NCBI GenBank assembly: GCA_964106915.2
Contig: OZ066914.1
DNA from: Podarcis gaigeae
Lineage: Eukaryota
Length of the DNA stretch: 64,000 bases
Reading direction: 5' to 3' (one strand)
This document shows positions 11,417-24,668 of this stretch, one piece after another (within the stretch, counting starts at the first letter, position 1; each line of letters starts with the position of its first letter). A model generated the notes under the pieces. It was not told the origin of the DNA. It saw only the letters and a list, made by a program, of their open reading frames with translations, and made no database searches. Both the position numbers and the translations under genes were made by a program.

Positions 11417-14324
11417 CTATAGCTCAATCTCAGCTGTACGTAGAAAAAAGATTCATGTGCTTGGTGATGATATACAAGGTTGCATGAGAAAAAGGAATAG
11501 CTCACATTTTAGTATGTCTGACTTTACAATATAAGAACTGAATTTAATGTTCTGTCTTACTGTGATTGGTATCTCCAGATGTTGCTTTAATTCAAATCGG
11601 AGATGCAGTTTGCTCAGAATTTATGCAAAAAGATTGAAGAGAATGGTTCAAGGCATCCTGTTTAGTCTCAGGCAAGTCATTATATAGTGGTGTCATCCAT
11701 ATATCTGTTGTAGCTAGTTACTCAAACCAATTTTGAATCTGATCGTGGCACATCAATGAAATGCCTCTTATCCAGAGCACAGAAATGGATTCTAAATAGA
11801 TTGCCCAGAACATGCTTTGCAATACCTCTTCAGCCATAAAGTGTAGTGAATATAAATTACTGTCAATCCAGCCATTTTTTTTCTGTGATGCTGAAGAAGA
11901 ACAGGACAACTTGACGAAGTAGCAAAACTCACAGATAACCCTAATGCTGCATCACATGATTCAGTGTCCTAAAAGAGAGACAATTCCTTTCCAGACTACC
12001 TTGATAGCTGCCAGCTCCAGAATAATGTTAGACGAATGACATCTAAAGAATGTGTAGGCCTGTAATATTTTGCTACCTCTCACTTCAGAATATTTCCCTA
12101 GGTATCACTGAAACCTTTTTAAAGCTTCCATCATGTCTTGTGACTTAGGTATTTTATTCATATTGCAGCTATTTATTCTACAGAACTTGTCTGATTACAC
12201 TTCTCTGCTCCTAGTGCCATATGATCTGGATTACTGGCTGATCAGTGAACAAACATCACTGCTTTGGGGGCATGTTGGCTGGACAGCCCCTCTCCTTACA
12301 ATTCTGGAAATCCTCATATTGCCAGATATTACATTTGATTACTATAAATCAAAGGTGCAATTATTCTTATAAGCTACCTTTTTTAGACTTCTGAAATGTA
12401 TATCCTCTTGCTATTGTGCTACTGAATGAAACATATTTTAATTCATTCTGAATGCAATTTTCCTGTGTGTTACCTTCAGACTATTAGGATGATCAGACAC
12501 AGCAAATATTTTCAGATAATTATCACTGTTGCATGTGGAAAGTGTTCAAACAATATTAAATCCCACGTTTAGTCGGAAAGGTGGTGTTTTTGCTACCAGG
12601 ATAGCCACTTTGGTATTCAGACTAGTAGGAACAGAGGAAGCTTGATGCAATAATTGACTATGTTTGCTTTGCATTTCCTTCCTTCCTTCTATTTTATCCT
12701 ATAACTAGGCTCATGGCTTTTCTTGTGAGAAACTGTAGACTTCCCAAGTTTCTACACCTTTCCAAGAGGCATGGAGATCCCTTTTAGGGAAATTTAAGTG
12801 TTTTTTAAGAGCGTTTTTAGCTGTGTGGCTTTAATTTCTGTACAGCTTCTATCTTTTAATGACTATATTGGCTGCTGTTAATGAGAGAGATGGAAGGTAG
12901 TGACACTAATAACATGAATGAACATTCTGGCTAATACAGGGTTTTAGAGACACATCGTCAACCCTTTGAACCAATAATTGTGTTAAAGCTGTGGGGGTGA
13001 GGTTAATAATATATTGGATAATTCTGATAGACTTTACTCCTAAATCAGTACAACTCAAATTTGTATCGGTTGGAAATTTTAATTCCAGATTTAAATATAT
13101 CCAAATATATCCATGTGTTCCATGATGCTTTTCTGATTATGAACAGAAACTGAGGGAATGGATTGGTTATTGGGACCATCACACTCCTTCCCCCACATGA
13201 GTATGATCTCTTCTCTTTCAACATAGGCAAAGCAACTCTGGTTAGCATTGGGCTGATCTGCATGAAGACTTGGGGCTTACATGGTTCCCCTCTAAACTCT
13301 CCTTTTCCTGCACAGCATGGAGAAGGATTTCTGCAGCATTTCATTTCATTTGACACAAATCCTGGTTTGTCACTGTGTATGAACCAGAGATTGTGCAGAA
13401 GTCCTTCCTCTGGCCACACGCGGGGGTGGGGGAGAAGGATGTCAGGGTGGGTTTACAGAAGGCCGAAGTTTGGCTTGGGCTTATTCTAGCTTGTTCATAT
13501 AGCACTAAAATATGGTTTAGTACTATGAGTGTACCAGCCTAATATGTCTGCACCAACATTATTGATAACCATAGCCCAAAACACAGTTTAGAAACTTTGG
13601 AGACAATAGCTTTGCAATGAGTGCTACCTATGGGTAGTTAAAATGCTGGCAGAAATGCATTGCTAATCATAATTATATCCAAAACTGGGAGGAGAATGCT
13701 CAAACGAGAGGAGAGGAAGAGATGGATCTAATCCATTTAATTAACTTGTAATTAGACTGTGTTGCATTTGAACTTGGCTTGTGTCTATCCTAGGATCACC
13801 TACAATAGTTAGGGACCACTGGGGGTATCTGAATTGATGCTATTACTAAATCCTTTGAACATTAGTGTACAGAATAGCCATAGGACAACCACACAATTTT
13901 TTTTAAAAAAAAGACAGCTGAAAAAAAAAGGAGATTTGCTGTGCATTTTTCATGTTAAGCGTATTGCAGTGACAAAAGGGCTTGTGGGTTGGTCAGGGAG
14001 CAGATAAAATGTGGATAAGTGTAAAGTGTCTTGCAACAATCATAGAAGGGAGAGCATTTATGGGACTCTTAGGGAAATTGATATGGGGCACAGGAAAAGA
14101 AATAGTCTCTGCATAGACTGTGTGGTACTGGAGAGAGCAGAGCAGAGCAGCTGTGGCTTCAGCCACATACAGGAGTTTGAGTATGTCTCAGAAATGTTAG
14201 GCAAGTAGTTAGAGCAGGCAGGTAGATTCTGGGCAGAGTTCATAAGAATTATTTCAGATTTAGGTGGGTTCACATATTGTCGGTATGCTTGACTGAGTTT
14301 ATCAGTTGAGGAAGAAACTTGTGG

Positions 14325-14566
14325 TGCCAGTGTGGTGTAGTGGTTAAGAGTGGTAGTCTCGTAATCTGGGGAACCGGGTTCGCGTCTCTGCTCCTCCCCA
14401 TGCAGCTGCTGGGTGACTTTGGGCCAGTCACAGTTCTTTGAAGTCTCTCAGCCCCACTCACCTCACAGAGTGTTTGTTGTGGGGAAGGAAGGGAAAGGAG
14501 AATGTTAGCCGCTTTGAGACTCCTTAAAGGGAGTGAAAGGCGGGATATCAAATCCAAACTCCTCTT
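14325..14566 (+). mobile_element. tRNA-derived SINE (Squam3-like), full length
   Basis: A box TGGTGTAGTGG, B-box variant GGTTCGCGTC, L2-like tail gccgctttgag...aggcgggatatcaaatccaaa(ctt)n, 7-bp TSD CTTGTGG (14318-14324 and 14567-14573). Confidence 0.85.
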
Positions 14567-15545
14567 CTTGTGGAAGCAGCAAGATGACAGGGGTCAAAAG
14601 AGGAATTTGGAAGACTGTTGAGTATTGAGGTTTTATTTTTTCCTGTATTTTACATGTATTTTACAACAGGGACAGACAAATAAGGCATGAGAACAAAGGT
14701 AGAAAGAGTGTTTTTGGAAAGATATTCAGTATGTTGGAAGCAGAGGGATTCTGTTTGTTTCTCTTGTGGAAAGACTGTCCAGTTTACTCCACATATGAGG
14801 AACGAAGGAACTTTGATCAAGTATTTTTCACTTGTTCTTCTTCCGGTAAGCACTACAGAGTGGCATTCTTTATGAAAAAACCGGGTGAATAATATATTCC
14901 TTTCGGCATTTTCAATAGAATTTGTAAGTGTGCTTTTTTTGGGAAAACTTTCCACTTGCTGAGAATACACAGAACAGGAAAGAAAGGGATTGACTTTTAT
15001 AGCCCAAGTTAACTTTTTCTTTCTTAGATAATATGTCATGGAATAACTGACTAGCAATAAATATACAATTAGATTTGCCATTTAGTAGACCACATTTAGT
15101 TTCTGCCATTTAGTAGACTACAACTGCATTTTATGTGTCTACCTAAAAACAATAATTCCCAAACTAGACTAATTCATTATAGATACATTTCTGCTCTCTC
15201 ATTAGCCCACAGTATACCCACCTCCTGAGAGATGAAACAGCAGTGGCAAAACAATGAAATGAGCTTTGGTACAACAGTTCATTTTCTCATCAAAGCAGTT
15301 AATCTGAATACATAACACCAGAAGGACTACTTCTGCCCTCAAATGGTAGGTTATCTGTATCCAACATGGAGCAGGGAAGAAGAGAAACATTCAGTTGGGA
15401 GTTAATGGCTGCCCAAAGAGGCAGAACTGAATTGGGCTTTTCCCAGATGCATATTCATGCCTCCAAACCACTTCTATGGTTGGAGAAGACCATACTTAAA
15501 GGCATCTGGCTGTGAACAGAAATTAGTGTACATCAACCTTCAACT

Positions 15546-15579
15546 CCCAGTTCCATGTCCGGCCACCAGATGGGCCCCC
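15546..15579 (+). promoter_or_regulatory. Candidate bipartite CTCF site
   Basis: CCCAGTTCC-N5-CGGCCACCAGATGGGCCCC. Confidence 0.45.
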
Positions 15580-16311
15580 ACTAGAGTAAAGTCTCTACCA
15601 TCTATATAACATATAGTCTCTACCATATAATCAACTCCTGAAATGTGACATCAGTGGTTGCTGTGCCTCTAAGCAATTTGCTAACCTCTTTAATTTCACA
15701 CCATATGTAAGCTCTCACTGAAATTCTTGTACCCACAAAACGGTCACTGCTTTAAACTTAATTCACATCCTAACACATAAATTAAGAAACACTTAATTAT
15801 ATCCTTGGAATTTGCAATTTTTCAAAACTAATTATTAAAATGAAATGAATTGCATTTGTGTTCATAAACTTTTTGATAACAGTGAAACAAAACAGCAGGG
15901 GAAAGTATTTTTGCTTCCAGCCTGCTGATTTAGTTGGAAAGCTGTACAGGCGCCGCAGCTGGCTTATCAAACACCAGTGGGGTGTCTTCATAATGACAGA
16001 GCTAACACTACAACTCTTCTGTCCCATTGTTAACTAACTTCCCACAAACAGGACAGCATTTCCATTTTCTATAAAGCGAGAATTTAGGCAAAAATTAGTA
16101 GTTTGATGTCAAGGGTTCCAAAGTGGCATTCTTTTAAACCTGAAGTATGCTTTTACCGAACTATACTATGTGAAGATGCAAGTGATAGTCTTTTGGTTTA
16201 CGTGTGGCTGCCAAGCATAAAGGCTTACAATGGAAGGTGAGCTTGTTATCTCAGTGAAGGCAAAGAACTATATTTAATGATGTGGAGAAGCTTCCCACAG
16301 TCATTTAAATG

Positions 16312-16440
16312 AAGGGTAGCTAACCGGCAGTCCTTCAGATGCTGTTGGATTCAAGCTCCCATCAGCCCCATCCAGCATGGCCAATGGTCAGGGGTCAAGA
16401 GTTACAGCAACATGTAGAGGATAACAGATTAAACACCCAG
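16312..16440. mobile_element. Degenerate palindromic hAT MITE
   Basis: cttcagatgctgttggattcaagctcccatcagcccc...atggtcagggg core, related to the 21088 and 26616 elements. Confidence 0.55.
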
Positions 16441-17202
16441 GATTTAGACGTTTACAAAAGTTCCTTACTACATATTGGTAAATGGCCACAATAAATCCCC
16501 CTTTTCAGCCCTACTTGAAATATTAAGTGCAGTGTCTTAGGATTGATTTGTGATACAATATAGGTTATGAGCCCTCTGGAATAAGTCGTGACTAAAGCTA
16601 TAACCTTAAACATACATCCATGGAAATAAGTACCACTGATTGTCCAACTTACTTTTGACTAAAGAGTCATAGGATTTGTTCTGTTCTGAGAAGTGACCTC
16701 CACTTCAGTGGCATTCTGGACAACTCCATGAAGAGAGTCAATAAGACCAGAGTGCAGAAATGGTTACAGAAGCAGTCATCATGAGATTGAGCTGAAGGCT
16801 GATGAAGATGCAACTCCAAAGTCACTGCCTCCATCTTCCATAAGAGGAGCCATTTTAGTTAAAGGAGACCAATCTGCTTTAGCAGTAATTTTCTCCAATA
16901 GAGCAGGAAAGACGGCGGTGTCACTAGGAGTTCTTAAACTGGAGTCATTTGAGTCAGAGGAGGGCAACACAAACTCCCTGGGACAAAAAAGTGCTGGCAT
17001 AGTAGGCTCTTCTTGCACAAATACTTCTGGTTTAGTGTTCACATTCTGATTAACTCAGCAAGTGAATGTTTATAAAATGAAATTGCATAGCTTTGAAAAC
17101 AATAGTACTTCCTATATGCCACGGCTAACTTGAAGTGGATCAGGACACTTTTCTGGTTGATTTGGTTTCATGGTTACATTGGTTACATTGTTGGCAGGGA
17201 GC

Positions 17203-17577
17203 TGTAGGAAAGGCAAAGTTTGGATATGGCAGCAGGTGATCACCCTTAGGCACCTTTGAAGGTGAAGGGCTCAGGGTTATGGGGTCCTTAGCCTGGGTAT
17301 GGAACATTCTTGAGGCTCACCTGCCACATCTGCCCGGAGTTGTGGGCACTGGACGAGGCTGGGATAGGAAGACATCCTTATTCACCACAAAGTGGGGCCC
17401 AAGCTTTGGGGTGATGCCTTGTCATGACCCTGAGAATGGGCAAGGTCTGGCTGGCCCAAGGATGTAGTTAAGCTAGGTTCCTACTCTTCTAATTTCCCTG
17501 GCAGATGCAATTTAAATAAAATGTTCAACCCATCATTTGTGGCTTGCCTGTTTATCCAGTGTCAAATTCTCCCTACA
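17203..17577 (+). mobile_element. Possible solo LTR
   Basis: GC-richer block bounded by TGTAGG...CCTACA inverted ends, with AATAAA at 17515-17520. No TSD recognised. Confidence 0.4.
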
Positions 17578-19007
17578 TTCAGCATGTGTTTTCTGAATTC
17601 CGATGTAGCTGCACTGCTCAGAAAGCAACAGGACTCATAATCCCAAAAGCAATGACTAACTTTGGGTAGATCAGAACACTTAACTGAACACTAGAGGGGA
17701 TGGGAATCTGTTTTAACACTGAAAATAAATCTTGACCCACTTTTATAGCACAACTTCCTTGAGCTAGCAAGAAATGTGGTTCCACAGAAATCTGCAATAT
17801 TTGTTACTGTTATTGTTAGGACAACAAAATTGAATTAGTAAAGAGCTCTCAAGTTCCTCACAAGTAGCACTGATGAGAAACTGCAGGCTGCATTATACAA
17901 TGATGCATATATTACTTTGATAATTGAAAAACCACATGCACGTATAGCGATACGGCACGGGTAGGACATTGGGGTCAAACATCTGCAAGTAGCATAAATC
18001 TGTGTTTTCAAATTCTTATCAGTCAGCTGAAGGCCTGACCTTGAACACATAAGAAGGCTACAGAAAAAGAAATGAGCAATAGCAGCTGAACAAATGAGGC
18101 TTGCTTGCTTGGTTCCAGGTAAATAAGAAACCTGAAAGGTGAATTATGCCTCTGATGTTTTTTGTTAATTTTATTTGTTGTAAATAGGTTCTATTAACAC
18201 GCTTTTATTGTTCCCTGTGCCTGGAGATCACAGTATGCAGGGCAGATAATAAATATTTTAAATAAACAAGCATTTAATTAAATGATTTTTGTACAATCTC
18301 AAAGTAATCCGATCAAGTGGTGCATAATTTGACAGAAGAGGTGACACTGGTTTAACCCACGTAATATTCTGGAAATTAAGATACTTTTTTTGAATGCTAT
18401 AATATGGAAACTTATACTATGATTACAGCCCCCTTGTATGATTCCTCATGCAACAATATTGCTCTTAAATATTAGTTGAGATTTTTTTCTATCAACTCAC
18501 ATTGAACACCACAATAACTAATGTTTATAAATTTTACTTTCTCCCAACACTTAAAAAAGAGCATTGCTATAAAAACATTAACCCAGCTCTACCCTACCTC
18601 CAACACACACCACTGCCCCTGGGCAATGGGGAGGGCTCTGGATTGCTGAGCTTAACCTTTTAAAATTAAAGTAGTCACAATTCAGTATTATTAGTGTCTA
18701 TGCGCTTCGTATCTATTAGCTACTGAGGTATTGCCCCAGGCAGAATAATCTGTTCCTAGCCATAAAATGGGATTTGTTCCACACTAGAGGGAACTGCTTC
18801 TGTGATATTAAATATACCCAGTGGATAGTGTGGAACTCCCTCCAACTTTCCCTTGATCAGCTTCTGCATGGGTTATCTAATGTATAAATGTCAACTTCCA
18901 CCTCAGGGCTACTTTTTTTTACCTTGTATCCTGTACTTTTGGAAATATTATATGTATTTTACACTGAGGTCTTAACAACCTCATGTTATCCTCTTATACA
19001 AATGATG

Positions 19008-19042
19008 GTGTGTTTGTGTTGTTGTTGTGGTGGTTGTGTGTT

Positions 19043-19082
<40 letters not shown>

Positions 19083-19083
19083 C
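19008..19083. repeat. Compound (GTT)/(GT)n/(GC)n microsatellite
   Basis: Seen directly. Confidence 0.9.
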
Positions 19084-21087
19084 TTGGAGAGAAAGAGATA
19101 GAGGGATTTAATGCTTTTCAAAAGGCTGTTGCAAAGAATGTACTGTAATAATGTGAACTTGAACACCAACTCAAAATTACATTCTGCTGCTTTTTTCAAT
19201 TCTATTTACTCCCAGCAAGAGGACTTGAGAGACAGCCCTTGCATCCAACTAAATCTAAAAATAAGGACAGTATATCCCATGTTTTTCCTCCAGTAAATAT
19301 GAAAGTCAGCATTTTAAAGAAAGTTGGGATTTATAAGTAAGTGCTGTGACCAAATTTTACACGTAACTGTAAATTAAAGTAGAATTGATTCAATAGGGTT
19401 TAAAGAATGCCACCAATGCTGCAACTTTATGGCATTTTCACTACAGACACTGGTTTTGAACTCATTCTGTTGAAACATGAGCCTAGTATCAGGCTGTAAG
19501 AGTGTCTTTGAGCCTGATGCTAGGCTGATATTTCAATACAATATGGCATATGCTGCTGTCAAAGTGAAAGAGGAACTAAAAAAAAAATTTTGTACATTCT
19601 GTGTAGTATTCACTCAATATAGAGATAGAGAAAATGCAACAAGCAAATCTAATCATCACTTATGATAAAGATTCTACTTAAACAGAGGTGGTTGTGTGTT
19701 GTTGTTTTGTTTTTAGTAATGGAACTATTTAAATGTATACAGCTCCCTCTTCTGGAAGAAAAGGAGAATCAGTTATATTAAGAACTGCCAGAGTTATTGC
19801 TTACTGAGCTGAGACTCAATAATGTAATTCACACTATAAACGGGTCAAATTTTCATCATATATTTTATGAATATGTTATGATAAATCTTATGCTCATTAA
19901 TTTGAAAAAGAAAACGAGAAAAAATCAGAAGGAAACAGAATATTCCAGCCAGTTATAAAGGATCATCTCTCTTTCTGAAGATCATTTTTGGTGACACAGA
20001 TAACTGCTTACTTTGAAAAATATTGGGGGGGGGGTGTTTCCTCTTGAAACTCAATATAAGTTACATGCTCAAAATGAAAAAAAGAAATCAAGTTAGTATT
20101 GGTATTAATTTTAATTTTAAAAAATGTAAAGGAAGATGAAGAAGTGGATTTAGTCATAAGATCATTGTGGAATATAAGAGTTGCTGAGCACTGACTCTTG
20201 CTAAACACAGGTATGATCTAGGAAATTAAAAGCTGGTATTATTTTAAAGAAAGCCTATTATGAAGAAACTCTTAAGAGGAATAATAGAAATAGAGCCACA
20301 TAGGTGCAGATTCCATTAAATGTGATAATGCTCTGAGTGAATTTTCATTTTATAAACACTGTGAAAACCAAGGCATCCATGAAACATGCACACAAGACTA
20401 ATGCATTAGGTATGTTGATGCTTTTTAATCCTGAAAATGATTTAACAGTTATAGGGGTTGTCAAAGCCAAAACTTTTACTTTGAATTTAGTAAGAGTAGT
20501 GTTTACTACTATTAAGTAGAGCACTGCTGAGATAAACTCTACATTTCCTGGAAAATAGTGAGAAAATGAAACTCTTTTAAGAACTTGAAAAATACAGAAC
20601 AATTTTTAAAAGATAGGCCCAAACTAGACATAAGTTGCAGCTCACCTAATATCTATTTTCAATGCTTAAAAGCAGAAGTGGAGAGCCCAAATCAGCTTTG
20701 GATGGGGGGGGGGGGGAGAGATCAATCTTTTCCAACAACTATTTCTCCGATTAAAACTTTGCAGGAAAAATGGGAGGAAAAGGTATAATACATTTAATTG
20801 CCTTTTCCCCCTCCACTAGGCTAATAGCAACTTTGGAGGCTTAGACTGGAAAACCAACATGGAAGGAAAAGGTTAAAATTAACCTCATTACTGATCACCA
20901 AAGTAGCATGCATTCAACAGGAAAGAAATGCATGGATCTCTTGTATCATAGGATGGTTTGGCCCTTAGCTTCTGGGTTTCTTATAATCCTTTTTGATTTT
21001 AACCCTTTTAAGATGAAACAATCACTCTCAGATTAAAGAAGCTAAAGCTCACTTCTGTACACACTTATTCTGAAGCAAGTCCTACAG

Positions 21088-21223
21088 CAGGCTTCCTCAA
21101 CCTCTGCCCTCCAGATAATTTGAGACTACAATTCCCATCATCCCTGACCACTGGTCCTGCTAGCTAGGAATCATGGGAGTTGTAGGCCAAAAACATCTGG
21201 AGGGCCAAGGTTGAGGAAGCCTG
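21088..21223 (+). mobile_element. 136-bp palindromic hAT MITE
   Basis: TIR CAGGCTTCCTCAACCT/AGGTTGAGGAAGCCTG; perfect 8-bp TSD TCCTACAG (21080-21087 and 21224-21231). Confidence 0.95.
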
Positions 21224-22227
21224 TCCTACAGTGTGGCTTACTGTCACACGTGCCTCACAAATATGCTTCCTAAAGTCTAGAGATGATAGGAAACCCCAAA
21301 CCAATAAATATCCTCATGAAGTGGTGAAAAATCTAATGAGTTCAATCAATGAGTTATGCATTGGAGTTTGAAACCATCTGGCAACTACGAGGGCAGCTTT
21401 CAGAAAGCACGTTTGCTGAGGTTCTAGATTACACAGAATCTGAATATGCAAGATGCACATCATCATTATTTAGCCTATAACTTGTTATATCGAAATAGAA
21501 GGCTAAAAAATAAATTTTACAAAGGGAAAAAACAAAAGGAATTGCTTGCAGGACATCCAATCTGCACAGTGTGATCTACCACAAAAAAAGAGACTGAGAT
21601 GTCCAGCAGGAGGCAGAAATAGAGTGTTAAACAGAAACAGGCAAGGCAAATCAAAAGGGGAGGGGGCGTGAATGGAAATGAGGTAGAAGATGAAATTGCT
21701 TTAAAGAAAAGGTCCAGCGTTCTGTTGTGGCTCCAGCTTTAGTGGTAACATTGCAGCAAATCTAAATATGTGGTACAGTACTTTTTAAAGAATCCTAGCA
21801 GGGCACTTCCAAGTTAATGCAATATGAGTTAGAAGTTGGCCTAATAGAGTCAGGGTCTGAAAGGATGATTTATGATACAGAGTTTAAACAGAAGTCATTC
21901 AGCAACAGGTTTTTATTTCCTGGCACCACACTGTAAAATTCCTAGCAGCTAACTTCCAAAAGACAACAGGGTGGCATTTAAGGTCATTTCAAAGATTAGG
22001 AAATGGAAATGAGTTTCACTTTGTCAAAGAGTTAATATGATTTAATGTTCATTGTTAAATTAAATTCAAACTAGATTTCATAACATGAAAATTTTCAGAA
22101 GTGTCAGAATGGTGCTCTTTTGCTAACAACCTTATAAAAAAACCTATGAGCTTTCTTGTTGCAGAGATTAGATACAATATGTGAGCAATTCAGCTTCACA
22201 AAACAATGGAAATTCTGCTGACATTTC

Positions 22228-22367
22228 TTGAAGACAGGAGCAAAGAACCTGTGGCCCTCTAGATGATGCCAGAGTACAACTCTCCATCATCTCTGACCAC
22301 TGAGCCAGGCTAGTGGGAGTTGGACTCCAATAGCATGTCGAGGGTAGCAAGATACCCCCATCTCTGC
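22228..22367. mobile_element. Degenerate palindromic hAT MITE
   Basis: ggccctctagatg...tacaactctccatcatctctgaccactg...gggagttggactccaatagcatgtcgagggt; same core family as 21088. Confidence 0.6.
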
Positions 22368-22502
22368 TCTAAGCAATTGCAGCTAGGCATAAACCAATCA
22401 GATTTTCCTAACCTGCTTCATCAGGAGAAGCCCTACACAAGGACTTCCACTTGCACAATATGATCTTCACCCCCATCTTCTACTCCACACCCCAGAAATA
22501 AA

Positions 22503-22712
22503 GTGCAAGTAGATAAATAGGTACCGCTCCGGTGGGAAGGTAAACAGTGTTTCTGTGCGCTGCTCTGGTTCACCAGAACCGGCTTAGTCATGTTGGCCAC
22601 ATGACCTGGAAGCTGTACCCTGGCTCCCTCGGCCAGTAAAGCAAGATGAGTGCCGCAACCCCAGAGTTGTCCATGACTGGACCTAACGGTCAGGGGTCCC
22701 TTTACCTTTACC
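22503..22712 (+). mobile_element. Sauria SINE, 5'-truncated
   Basis: gtgcaagtagataaataggtaccgct...ggccacatgacc...accccagagt and an (ACCTTT)n tail. Confidence 0.9.
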
Positions 22713-23744
22713 TAACCCACAAAACAGCATGTAGGGGAGAAGGCATATTGTTACACTTGGCAACCTGAAACATTTGTGCAGATGAAATGGTTGGAAGTGG
22801 GTAGCACTAAATTGCATCCTGTGATCTATGGAAGGTCGAATGACTGTCTGACTGACTCTCTCATACACACACATACACACAACACGTCTGCCGGCCTCAC
22901 CTACGCTTCTCCTTTTGGGATGGGATTTGATTTCAAAAATGAATCTGCAATTAACCTTAGCAAAACAGGGTTATACATACATTCACACCTATGCAAGCAG
23001 AAAATAACGGAGAACAATCCTGGGGGAAATGTTAGAAGAAATGCCAGACATTTACAAGAATATGCTATTCTTTATTAAAGCTACAGCTACTGGAAACCAA
23101 TTCAAAAACATTGAATGTTGAAAATTCTCTTTTTAAAAAATTGGATAATTTAGTCTTTTGTATCTCATCTGTTAACACTTCATTTACTACTAAACAACAT
23201 CAATTTCCAAATGACCTTAATGCTTTTGCATCAACAGACTTCCTAGTTGCCCCAGGCAATTGCACAGATTTATCTCCTCTGTGATAGAAAAGCGCTTCCA
23301 AGCTGGAGGAGGTACATTGCGCTTCCATGTGTAAGACAGCTATTTCAAAAGCAGGCATGTAACTCCCAACTCCCCCAGTAAAGACCCAGTACGCTGCCGA
23401 GAGAACGCACTGGACCTCTCACACAGCCAACTGTGCAGAGTTCAGATGCACTCCCTGCCAGCTGATTAATGGAGCAGCATTAATGTCAGAAGAGGTTGAA
23501 GTCGCATAGCATTTGGAGGGGGGAAGAGAGTTACAATAGCAAAGAGAAATACACAGACATTAAGGGAGAAGGTTAAACGATGAAAGCAGGAATCTCTATA
23601 GCAATGGTAAGTACTTTGCCCTTACTGTGGTGCTCTGGAATATTGAAAACACTCTGTGTTTAAAAAACAATACAAAACTCTCAACACATGAGCCCTCTTT
23701 TGCGACTGAGCTTTAGTCATAAATACCTTAGAGGCCTCTTCATA

Positions 23745-23918
23745 GCAACCTGCCTTATAATAAATCGGACCAATCTTGCATCCAAGTCTGTTCTGTCTAC
23801 ACTGGCTGGCAGCAGCTCTCAGAAAGGGGTCTCTCTCACACTCTCAGAAGATGCCAGGGATTGCACCTGAGACCTTCTGCACGCAAAGCAGTTGCTCTGC
23901 CAGCGAGCTATGGCCCTT
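23745..23918 (-). mobile_element. Old tRNA(Ala-like)-headed SINE
   Basis: Minus strand ggccatagctcgctggcagagcaactgctttgcgtgcagaaggtctcaggtgcaatccctggcatc is a tRNA-like head with A/B boxes, followed by a tail shared with 355-456 and 62341-62528. Confidence 0.7.
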
Positions 23919-24308
23919 TCTCCACTATGGTTCAATAGAATCAACATGATCAGTGAAGGATGGGTGATTGCAAGATATATTCATAACCACTGTCAATCAC
24001 AAAGAAGCCATTGACTTATTGCTGGTAGGAGGAGGTATGCTTCCAGAAAGAATGCAAATTCATTGGGTATAAGGTTTTGTACGTATATGTCATTAAAGGG
24101 TAGTGCTGTTAGTGCTGTAGCAGACAAAATGTTGGACTTGAACTGGGCTCAATTGCCTGCTCAACCACCAAGTAAATAAATATTAGTTTCCCGGCATTAC
24201 AAGAAAGCTGATATGAATCGATGTAAAACATCTCTTTACAATATGCAGCACATCTTAAATAATATTTTATGTTGTTATTACGAAACTGCTTTGAATTGTA
24301 TTATAGTA

Positions 24309-24668
24309 CAGTCGAACCTTGGTTCTCGAACTTAATCCATTCCGGAAGTCTGTTCGACTCCCCAAACCATTTGAAAACCAAGGCGTGGCTTCCGACTGCA
24401 CTCAAGGAGAGCTTCCTGCACTCAAGTGGAAGCCGCATCAGATGTTCAGTTTCTGAAAAATGTTTCGAAACTGGAACACTTCCGGCTTTTCAGCGTTCAG
24501 GAGCTTCCTGCAGCCAATCCGGAGCCGTGCCGGCGTCATGGAAGTCAGTCACGATGGTTTAGCGTGGGGACTGACTGAGCAGGCGGCAGGATCCACAAGG
24601 TTCGCGGGCTGGATTAACAAGCCCAGTGGGCCGCATCCAGCCCGCGGACCTTAGTTTGCCAACCCCTG
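24309..24668. mobile_element. Composite DNA-transposon remnant: pogo/Tigger-type left end joined to a hAT-type end
   Basis: TA|CAGTCGAACCTTGG at left; ggccgcatccagcccgcggaccttagtttgccaacccctg at right, the reverse complement of an end like that at 11164. Confidence 0.75.

Noticed and set aside
15077-15122. Small local duplications (also 841-887, 15590-15628, 53416-53449)
   Set aside because: Ordinary slippage-type duplications with no further structure.
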